A DNA stretch of 64,000 nucleotides from assembly GCF_032062105.1 (NCBI RefSeq), contig NW_026938891.1:434001-498000 (forward strand), read 5' to 3'. The DNA is from Saccostrea cucullata. Its lineage: Eukaryota. The translations under genes and the position numbers were made by a program. Below the pieces are notes generated by a model. It made no database searches, was not told the DNA's origin, and saw only the letters and a program-made list of their open reading frames with translations. This document shows, piece after piece, positions 12,801 through 23,009 of this stretch; positions within the stretch are counted from its first letter, which is position 1, and the number at the start of each line of letters is the position of its first letter.

Positions 12801-15800
12801 CGGATCCTCTCTGTTTTCATTGGGACTCAGTGACGAAGACCTGACCGCTACAACTGTATCTTATATAGTCTCTCCTGCGTTATCCTCTAATCTGTTTTTC
12901 TTCAATGATTCAGGTATATCTACTGATAAGACATTTTATATAAACTTGATTCTAAGATAATTGAGATTCATAAAAAAAAAATTCCTGCATTAGCAGTTTT
13001 CCTAATCAATTTCTTAGATATGTAATGGGAACGCCGTGCAGTCATACTCTGAGCATACATGTATTTATGTCTTCCTCTTTCATTATGACAAATAGATATT
13101 CCACTGTGTATATGCTAATTTACCAATTATAATTTTGTTTATGAAGTCGCAAAATAGACATAACCGGATTATAAATCGAAATTTCATCAAATTGAATACA
13201 TTTTTCCATTGTTCATTAGAAAGGAAGCTTTATCTGGCAAATGGGTTTTACTTCGACTATGAAGGAGCTGTTGTTTACAACTTAACCTTTGAAGCCAATG
13301 ACGGAACAGAGATCTCAGACCCGGCAATTCTGTATTTAGAGATTGCCAATGTGAACGAACCTCCAATATTTCAATCAACTTTTTATTATTTATCATTCAA
13401 CGAAAACAAGGTATCTACTGAACAGTTCTATTTCAATTCAAGTAATGATTTGTAATACTTTATTATCTGACTATTCTAAAAGATAAGTAATATCATTGGA
13501 AAGTATAATTCTCTCACTTTCAAAACAAAACGATGATAAAATATGATTCAAATCTTGTCTACTTAAAAAGTTTTGATTTGAATCTCTAACTTTTCTTCAA
13601 GATGAAAATTTCTTAACCATATTTCAGAGTGGATATGCACTCCCAAACATAGCGTATGACGTCACTGATCCAGATGCAGGTGACATAGTAACATTCGGTA
13701 TAATAGATGGACACTTCATGACAAAAATAGGAATAAACTCCGGTACTGGTCAGATGCACTTGACAGCAGACATCCTAGTGGACAGTACTCTTACATCTAA
13801 CCTGTCAGTACAAGCTACAGACTCAAACGGTCTATCGTCCAAGGCTTCCATTGAAATCACAGTTTATAACGTGAACAATGCACCTTATTTTACGAATTTA
13901 CCTTTCACTGCCAATACGGATGAGAACATTTCGCCTGGAAGTGTTGTATATGACGTCACTGCGCGAGACGATGATGTAGCTGATGTCTGTTCTTGTAGCG
14001 GTACATTTTCACCGTCTGCTGCCGCTACATTGCTGCACTTTGATTCTGCCGGTAATTTTAATTTCACTTATACTTCAAACTTCCTGAGAAGGTCCTTTGA
14101 ATACCTAAGATTCTAATAATTAACATATATTTCAACTCTGACTATGATATTAATACACACAAACTTCTAGTCATTTTACAGTTTTTATGCCCTCAAAGGT
14201 TGGAGCAAGATGCTTTCTTTCAGCCTATACATGTATAAGAATAATGTTTAAATTATTTATTCTTCTGCAAAAGTAAAAATACACTGCAACAAAGATGAGT
14301 CTAAAAAACACTTAATAATATTAAGAGTTTTTAGACACATCTTTGTTGCAGTGTATTTTTATCATATTCATCATATTATGATGAATGCATATTATCGTAT
14401 TGAAGTATTTTAATAAAAGCTGAGTTTTTAATTCATATTTTATTGTTTTTGTGAATATTCAATAATCATCTTGCCCATAAAAGTTTCAGAACTAAATATA
14501 ATTTGTAAGTTTGACATAAGTCCTATTTAAATCACGTTAAAATATATCATGACGCATTAAAATCGATTAACGTGCAACTCGACAGATATCTGAAGAACTG
14601 ACGTTTGAAGTTTGTTTGAAGTATTAAGCTAGTTGTTTAATTAATTGAGCGAAGTGCATTTAATCATACTATATATTTTTCAAATATGACAAACGTTAAC
14701 ATTATTTTGTTAATTTTTCTGTACTTTTGCATTTCTGAGAAGTACTGTGAATACAGTGTAAATTATCGGGATTTATACAATGTCTGTAAGTAATAAGTAA
14801 GTTTTCCAACCCAACATACATTTACTAAGGCTGTTAAGAAAACCTTGAACGTCTAAGTTACCTAAAAATGTCCAGAATTTTGCAATGTATAGTGATTATC
14901 GTTAAAGTGAAATAGAGAATATTGAATTAATACAAGACCAAAAATAATGAGTGAGTCTACGATTCATTGGAAAATTAAATATTTTTAATTAAAAAAATTT
15001 CAATTGATATTTTGAATACTTTCAGATCAAAAAGTGAAACTTCGAGCCAATGCCACACTGGATCACCAGCTTCTCAGTAGTGTGATCGTGACTGTCTATG
15101 CGTGGGATTTGGCAGGTGCCACATCAACATCAAACCTTACCCTCAATATCGTCAACATCAATGAACCTCCAAAGTTTTCATCGAATATTTATTATGGAGA
15201 TGTTCACGACGGAACGGTGATTTATATTTTGTTATTGTTTCATCTGTTGGGCATAGTGACACATGGTAGCATTATGTCCAGCGTATATTAAGGGTTTAGA
15301 AAGTGATATATTATTGTGTAAAAAAATCATAATGTTGTTTTTACAATTTTTTCATATTTTCTGTATCTTTAAAACCTTTTCAAGGGGTGCTTGATCTGTA
15401 TCACTGTAAACTAAAAGTCAGTTAATCTGAGCTGGTTTATAAGTGAAATGAACTCACTTTTGAAGATATATTTAACAGTTGGGATCACCTGTCACAGCAT
15501 CAATATCAGCAGTGGACCCGGATGTAACTGATATCCTTACCTTTAGTTTGATAAGTCAGAGTGTCAGTGGAATATTCAACATAAACACTAGCTCAGGAAT
15601 AATCTATACAGCAGTGGATGACCCCTATTCAAAGTCCAATGGAAACTGCACTCTTGTTATTCAAGTGCAGGACCAGTATGGTGCATATGATCAGGCATCA
15701 GTGATTATCAGTATTAATCATTTTAATACAAAGCCTGAAATTGCGAATTTTACTGGACTTTTGTACGTATCGGAGGCACTTTCTTCTGGCTCCTTATTAA

Positions 15801-18213
15801 CTATTTACTCCATCATCGATCCCGATACGAATGACGTCATTACAGAGAGAATAAATTTGGCGCATGCGTCAGCTGAAAACAAGTTCCTGTTTAATATTTC
15901 AAGTATGTATACATAAGCCATCAAAATAAATGTTTTGGTTCAAGCAGACTTTATTTTTAACAGCATTTATCATCCCTTTAATTTTACAGATCGACAGCTT
16001 TACGTCTTCATGAAGGATCTTGTTGACTTTGAGTCAAAGAGCTCTTACAATCTCACATTCATTTTAAATGATGGTTATAATGACTCTCCTCTCTATGAGC
16101 TAATGATAGCAGTGGCAGATGTGAACGAGTCTCCATTTGTACAATACAGCATTTATCACGTGACAGTTCAAGAAAGTACAGTAAGAGCATTAAATCTAAT
16201 AAACTGTAGATTGGAATTTTATTTTTTTTATCAGGTACCATGCATTTCTACATGGTTTCTACTTTCTACTATAATTTTAGATTATTAAACCGTTTAAGTT
16301 TGACATCTATTTTCCCTTTTCCCCAAAGCTTTGTAAACTTGATACATTTATGCTTTCAGAGTGGAACTGTGTTGAATTTAAACATTACGATCTCTGATCC
16401 TGACATTGGTGATACTGCCACGTGTATTATATTAAGTGGGAACGACAACCAGTACTTCAGCATACATCCTACAACGTGTACAATGTCTCTGGCTAAAGAC
16501 TATGATATTGATTCGGAACTACCCTCATCGCATTCCTTAATAGTTAAAGTTGTTGACAACAAAGGTCTCTTCACAACAACAACAGTGAACATCAATGTTG
16601 TTGATATCAATGATAACTATCCACGCTTTGAATGGCCAGAATATATTACTTTTATTGCGTCAGACTCCATAATCGGTTCTCAGTTACTGACTATGAATGT
16701 AAGTGATAGTGATAGTGGTCTAAATGCAAAACTAACGTGTCAAATGGACCCCCACCATTATACAAGTCTTTTTGTTGTTTCGACAAACTGTATCCTCTAC
16801 CAAAGTGAGAGTTTAGATGGAATGGCTGAAGGGACTGAAGTCAATTTTACCACAGTTGTAGAAGACGCGGGGTCGCCGTCTTTGTCAGCATCTGCATTGG
16901 TCCGTGTCATTGTCCAAGGTACAGTGAATTCAGTAGCACCTCAGGCAAGTGCTACGTACCAAGTGACTAACGATTCCGAGGGCATAGACTTCTCCGACTG
17001 GCGAGTTTTAGCGGGATGTGGCACTATTGGTCTTGTATGTCTTCTAGCAATAGTAAACTCAGTCATTTTATTCCGAAGAGGATGTAGCAAAACACAAAAC
17101 TTTGATAAGGATCACACAAGTTTTGCAAAGGAGGAGGGGTAATTTGCTAAGGCTATTGAGAATATTTTACAATATTTACATAGTTGATTTTTCAATATTT
17201 ACCATTTCATTCCGTTTTCAGAACAGTAAAGGAAGATGAGAGAAAGCAGAACTCACTTGAGAATGAGAAAGCAACCAACAATCGACGTAGCTCTAAAAAT
17301 TCTGTCCATAAAGTTAGGTAAATTAAGTGAAATGATCTTTTCATCACATCTTTTACCAATCAGTTAGACATACTGCCAAAAAAAAAAAATTCATCCACTG
17401 AGTAAATGACGTTATTTGCAATTTTCTTCAATGTATCACAAATCGGTAAAACGTGTTTATCTAGAATCTTTTGTTATCCGTACATAATTGTTGTTTAATC
17501 ATTAAATAGGAAGACGTCTTCATTGCCTCTATCAACTCCCAAAATGGAAACCATATCTGGTAATTTAAAGAACCTTTTTAAATACATGTATTGCGAAGTC
17601 ATTTCCGAAAAAGCTAACTTTTTTCTTTTTTTTTTATTTATACAGAAAATTTTCTATCGTACCCTTTGTATTCGGTATGAAGAACATTCAGTCCAACGTA
17701 TTATATTTGAAAATAAAGTTCCGTAGAAATTACTTTGCTTCATTAATATTGCTGAATGAAAAATAAAGTTGAAGATAATCTTTGAAAACACTTCCATGCT
17801 ACTTTGTCCGGAAATGTTCGTCTTATACAGATAAGTTAAGCTATCCCACTTGGCTTTTCATTCTCTGATTACAACATTTGTAAAGTTAAATAAAAATATT
17901 TAGAATAAAAAAAACTTATTCGAATTATTTTCTGTTTGTATATAATATATAGAACGGTTATGTTTAGTTATTTAAGCAGATATAAACAATTCCTGTACAT
18001 TTTACAGTTTCCAGCGCACGGTCTGAGGATCTCAGCAGTAATCTAACTCCTACAGACATTTCTCTCAATGATTTCCCATCAAACTATGTGAACAACCAGA
18101 CAAGCAGTTCTTCATTAGCAAGGGAAGACAACAAACACTTCTCCTCCTTCTTTAAAAGCAGTCGTCGTATCAGCGATATAACGGGGCCAAGCTCTAACTA
18201 TGACTTTTTCTAA
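3837..18213 (+). CDS. Non-classical cadherin-domain type I membrane protein (protocadherin/Fat-like; ~12 EC repeats), 23 exons, ~1586 aa
   Basis: Phase-consistent GT-AG exons: 3837-3879, 4100-4186, 4832-4999, 6657-6732, 7165-7328, 8110-8274, 8539-8654, 9159-9339, 9725-9883, 10004-10141, 10409-10531, 10700-10882, 12192-12385, 12502-12913, 13220-13410, 13628-14051, 15026-15216, 15479-15902, 15990-16180, 16360-17138, 17222-17317, 17510-17559, 18008-18213 (total 4761 nt). Signal peptide MVLKLILMMTLFKAGMAA; cadherin motifs DxD, FDYE/VDFE, DINDNYPRF, DDNDPPSF, EDAGSPSLSA; TM VLAGCGTIGLVCLLAIVNSVILF followed by RRGC; Ser-rich tail ending NYDFF*. Confidence 0.9.
5319..5545. mobile_element. MITE in cadherin intron 3
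   Basis: TIRs cagtaaaccaacttttattcgc / gcgaataaaagttggtttacgg with subterminal ttcgcg repeats; TA precedes the left end. Confidence 0.75.
5927..6075 (+). repeat. Penelope-like 3'-terminal repeat copy
   Basis: gtgaccggtcatcaggggatgctcattcatccatggcaccttatctcacctctgatgttttggaggtcc...gttatctccatatgtttca. Same family as 9460-9577(-), 35650-35815(+), 36190-36340(+), 37320-37465(+), 44930-45025(+). Confidence 0.8.
9460..9577 (-). repeat. Penelope-like 3'-terminal repeat copy
   Basis: gaaatatatgaagataacgaacag...ggagcagagcaaacacggacctccaaaacatcaaaggtgggatcaggtgc. Confidence 0.8.
11019..12142. mobile_element. Helentron-associated / pearl-like non-autonomous element in cadherin intron 12
   Basis: Subterminal inverted repeats tgtcccccgc (11043-11052) / gcgggggaca (12131-12140); tandem ~150-bp core units (tcaaaatcaata..attgcaaaagctcaa..tctcgagatatcg..ggaaacgaaag); (GACG/GACA)n microsatellite at 12071-12104. 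Confidence 0.7.
11353..11424 (-). pseudogene. tRNA-derived sequence (pseudo-tRNA or SINE head, CAT in the anticodon position)
   Basis: Minus strand has A box tggcgtagtgg, anticodon arm ctcgc-gtCATgt-gtgag and B box ggttcgaatcc. The acceptor and T stems pair poorly, so it is not a functional tRNA. Confidence 0.55.
14274..14361. repeat. ~88-nt near-perfect hairpin in cadherin intron 16
   Basis: taaaaatacactgcaacaaagatgagtctaaaaa... pairs with ...tttttagacacatctttgttgcagtgtattttta. Confidence 0.8.
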
Positions 18214-18929
18214 TCTTTAGAAGCTAATCTTTTGCTTTGGATACAGAAAGTAATGTCAATTTGTCTTGTTTTTCTGTTTTTTGTTTTACAGTTTTTAAAT
18301 GCGTGTTTGTTTGTATGTTTTGACGTGTTCAACTTATAAATCAATTAAAAACGTTGATAAAATATGGTCTTTCATATAATACTACATGCCATGTACTAAT
18401 ATTTTATGAACATTTTAAACATTTGTATTACGGCGGAGTTCGAATTGCACTGTAGAAGCTTTGGATGAAATTGTAAGTACAATGGTATATTCGGACGACA
18501 AAAAAAGATTCCCTAGGTCTCCAACTGCTCAATGATCTAGGTGCCGTGTACAGTTACGAGTTTGTGGTATAAAACGAGTCCAGTGCCGTACTAGAGGCTT
18601 GTACGAAAAATATCCCAGCATGGGATTTAATCCTGCGTGTTGTAATCCTTATTATACCCATAACTCTCCTTCTAAGGCGGAAATTCCTATAAATCTTTTC
18701 TCAATAATATGAAAATACTTAATATTCCCAATAAACTGAACTTGAGTTGTTACCTTACTTATACTGGATGTCTATACTAAATAAAAATCCATACAAAGAA
18801 ACATGGCTTGTTTCTATATATGAACTTCTTTAATCCTCAAAACATAAATAAAAAACAACAAAAGGAGAAAACTGAGGAAGAATTGTGCAATTTGAAATAT
18901 ATTGTAAATTAGATGGGGATGCTTAAAAA

Positions 18930-19140
18930 CTCCAAAGAACCTTTAGAAAATTTGAAATCACAAAATTTTATCAAAATCAATAAAATCAACACATTCGAAC
19001 CTTAAACACTATATACATGTACAGCCATGCAAGTCTTTTTGACATCACAGACATTAGATTCTTTTTTCCCGATAAAAATGGAACACGTATATTTACTTAC
19101 CTTGTCATTGGTCATTTGCAAAATTATTGCACAAACAATT
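18930..19140 (+). mobile_element. Penelope-like RT fragment
   Basis: ccaaagaacctttagaaaatttgaaatcacaa...tttacttaccttgtcattggtcatttgca matches 32655-32850(+) and 20745-20940(-). Confidence 0.6.
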
Positions 19141-21082
19141 TCTCAAACTAGGCAAGATACTGACAAACAGAAATATTAACAGTCTCCTTTAAGGTAACAT
19201 TTCAAAAGTTCCATTGTCGATACAATGACCTTTCAATCTAGTATCTTTTTGTTTTACAAGTTTTTATGTATAGCGTGATTTTGAATTTTCCAGAAGCACT
19301 CAGCGGATGTTGTTTGTGGACAGGGGATGTTCAACTTGGTTTCTATAAATCAATTTAAAAACATATTGTTCAATGGTCTTTGAGCTTAAAATATGTCTAT
19401 TCAAATAAACTTCTGATTTGCCATAATTAACTTTAAGCATAGGTCTGAATCTGCAGTCTTCATTGGTGCTATCCGTGAATAAGTGAAAATTTATCAAATG
19501 GCTTCGAGCAAACCAAACAAAATATATTTATAATTTTATTGCTTAAGTGATGTTGGTTGCACATGGACATATTTTTCTCTTAAGTTAAAGTTATGGTGTT
19601 GATGAAAATTGTCAAGAAAAAAGGTGGGGGGTTGAAGGATATTCAAATGCAGTAGTGATGTCAATGGTATAATATTTACGTTCAATATACGCGAAACCTT
19701 GTCAACGCGCGGTAGAATACACAGTAGGAACTACATGCATTTTCAATATCTAGGAACACCAAAATGTATATTGTTATGACTCAAATTTATAAATGAAACA
19801 TATGGAGATAACGAAGAGTATTCCAGATCAAAAGTCCATAAAACAAAAGAAAATAGGAGCAGAGCAAACATGGACCTCCAAAACATTAGAGGTGGTATCA
19901 GGTGGAGGAGTGAGCATCCCCTGCCGACTGGTCACACCCGCCGTGTGCTCCTTGCATTGATCGGGAAATGACGGGAAAATCCGTCGTCAACTCAGTGTAT
20001 ATATGATGGACTAACAATTAGTATGAAAAACGTCAGCATTTGACTCAATGATAAATTGTATTTGTTGACAATGTCATTGTATCGACCAAAGAACCTACGA
20101 AATGATGACTTTAAACGATCCTGCTGAAATTCTTGTTTCATCAACTTGTTTTTCAATAATTTACCTCATTGCAGATATTGTTCATTCGTAGAGCATGCTC
20201 TTGCGTATCTAATCAACTGAGATATGAAAACTCCGTATGCAGGTGATGAAGGTATATTGCTGCATAAGTAAGGGAATTTGACGATAGAAAATTTAAAACC
20301 ATACGTTTATCATAGAGATTGGTTGTTAGATTACCATTAACAACTTTTTTAAGTAAAATACTCGTATGAAACAGATGTGTCAGACTCTGTGGTAACTTTT
20401 ATCTCAAGCTCACCAGGATATATCGTATCGACATAAGAATGGGAATTCCCATTGTTAATTGACAATGCGTCGTCGATATATCTGAATGTCGAGTTGAAGG
20501 CCGCAGCAAGTGTTTTCTTCTTTTCACGCATAAGATTTTGCACAAATTCTGCTTCATATGAATACAAAAATAGGTCTGCTAATAACGGGGCGCAATTGGT
20601 ACCCATGGAAATTCCAATAGATTGTTGGAAGACCTGGTCTCCAAAACAACATAAATATTGTCAATCAGAAACTCAAGCATCTTTTTTATGTCAACTTCAG
20701 AGTATTTGCTTGTACAATCAGAATGCTTTTTAACAAAATAATTTTGCAAATGACTAATGACAAGGTAAGTAAATTTTCGAGTTCCGTTTTTATTGGAAAA
20801 GCAGCTGCCAATGATATCGAAAAGACTGGACTTTAATCTATCGTGGGGAATGGTTGTGTATAGTTGAAAAGTCGTAAGTTTTTAAGATGTTGATTTTGGT
20901 AAAATCTTGTGATTTCAAATTGTCCAAATGTTCCTTGGAATTTTTTAAGTATCCACATCTCATTTACACCACTTCTTGAATGTATTATTGCACAGTACTC
21001 TTGTTTCTGCTTCACTACTGTTAATATCTTAGTGAGGGGTAAAGAAAGAGGCTTGGTTGAACATTTACTTGAACCCGCTATA

Positions 21083-21252
21083 CTAAGGGAAATGTTTTAT
21101 CTTTGTGATTGAATTTAAAACGGGGCGAATTTAAATTACACCTCATATATTCTTAAACAGAACTATGAATGGGCGAATTTTAAACGGGGCAAAATTGTTC
21201 ACAAGTTCAAAAGGGCGAAATTAACACAGGGCTAAAATAACCCTGTATACAG
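21083..21252. mobile_element. Truncated TA-target MITE inserted in the Penelope-like RT
   Basis: Splits the KQRYIAG coding stretch with a net TA duplication; has gggcgaa subterminal repeats and ends ccctgtatacag|ta. Confidence 0.7.
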
Positions 21253-21564
21253 TATATCTTTGTTTGTAAGGATTCTTATTAAGTTTCGGAATCCAATAAA
21301 TATTTGGTAGTTCAAATTCATTTTGGTTCTTTGGGATATTTTAATAAAAAATGTTCAAAACTGATATATGATTTTGAAAAAATTCTTCCTTAGAAAGGGA
21401 ACTATGAGTATAAGTAGGATTGCCACTTGTAGAATTAAAACCAAGTTCTTGTAAAATACAACTTATATAATGAGCCTTATAAAGACAATGCTGTTACCTG
21501 CTTTGTCAGCAGGGACCAGTACGTACTTATCATGTAATCTATCCAGTTCTTTTTTTCACTTCTG

Positions 21565-21785
21565 GGGCCCGTTTTACAAAAAAAACTTACGACTAAGACC
21601 AAAGTCTTCAAATGATTCTAAAATTTTGCAAAATGAATAATTCTCTTTTGAATTGTTTGTGTAATAATATCTTGCCACATTCCTTTTAAAAAGTTTAAAA
21701 TAATTTTCAATTTAATGTTAATTATGAAGTTATATGAAGAATTGAGTTTGGTCTTAAGTCGTAAGTCCTTTTGTAAAATGGGCCC
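21565..21785. mobile_element. PIF/Harbinger-type MITE
   Basis: TIRs gggcccgttttacaaaa..acttacgactaagacc / ggtcttaagtcgtaagt..ttttgtaaaatgggccc, flanked by a 3-bp CTG target duplication. Confidence 0.8.
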
Positions 21786-22136
21786 CTGGATTATTGAATA
21801 CAGAAGCATAGATGTTTTCATATGGCTCTGCCTTTTTATACGCGAGTTTAACATGGATCTGATGCATTTAATCCATTCTGACAAAGTGTCAACGTCTTCT
21901 TTTTCATACCTGGCCCATCTACCCTGTTAGCTTAACGTAAAATACAACAAATGTGGGTTAAAAATTAATTTCCCATTTGTTTCCTCGCAATGTTCATTTC
22001 TGTTATTCAACTTTCCAACGTAACAAACGGCTGTTACGTCTAATAAGCACACCAATAACATAGGGCACTAAATGCACATTAAACATTACCGAAATAAACA
22101 ATTATGAAGAGGGAAATTTAGAGAATGTAAATATAT

Positions 22137-22265
22137 GCATTGAATTTCATATTTTTGGATGTCGTTGGTCCTAAAAAATATCATACGCGCTAACGCGAGA
22201 TATTCAATTCAACATGGTCAGGTGTGTGATAGGATAGACAACATCCAAAAGTATGAATTCAATGT
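22137..22265. repeat. Degenerate palindromic element, same family as 48462-48590
   Basis: gcattgaatttcatatttttggatgtc ... gacaacatccaaaagtatgaattcaatg. Confidence 0.65.
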
Positions 22266-23009
22266 TTGATTAATTCGCCCTTCGGGCTCAGTGAATATTA
22301 TACTCCTCAAGTGGCAAATATCATCGTATTGGCCTCAAAAACAGCAATGGATGTATAATATTATGATGAACTCTTTTCAGAAGACCACATTTTGTACTGC
22401 CATCTTGTCTGTACTCGTTACGGATATCAATATTATTACGTAAATCATTTTCAAATTTCCCTAAGCATGCTTTATTACCCAATGTTCGTAAATATAAAGA
22501 CCATCATATTCAACTTTTAAAGCAAACTTTATTATCCAATTATCATGGCTGTCTCTTTTGCACTGAAATTACAAATAATATCTTCATATTGAACAATTGA
22601 ATTACTTCATAATTATCTGATTTAATTAATCATGAATTTGTATTCACACATAAATGACGTATATAATATAAAGAAAGAAAGAGATTGGTAAAACGTCATG
22701 AATAACTCGAAATAGAAGAGTCAAACCAATGTGCCTTGATGGATGAAAAATCCTAGTTTTTTATTTATGATGGGTAAACAAATTTTAAAAGATATTTAGT
22801 TGGAGCACAAAATATGGTTTTAATATAATTTTAAGTTGAATGTTGGATTTTCTTTTACATGCATACTCGATTACAAAAACCTATTTTAAAATTTGAATGT
22901 TGAAAAATTGGAAAAATTAATGAGATTTTTTATGTGACATACAAGTTTTTTTTTCATTTTGATATTCAGTTACTTTGGTTTTGTGTTTCAATCACACTAC
23001 CCTGAATTC

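Larger units (their letters stand above)
19793..21925 (-). mobile_element. Decayed Penelope-like retroelement (RT domain) with two nested MITEs
   Basis: Minus-strand translation pieces LSEWIKCI, YWIPKLNKNPYKQRYIAGSSKCSTKPLS, GVNEMWILK, KTYDFS, GISMGTNCAPLLADLFLYSYEAEF, FRYIDD, IYPGELEIK, SPAYG; frameshifted; ends in the abundant 3' repeat at 19793-19960. Confidence 0.85.
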
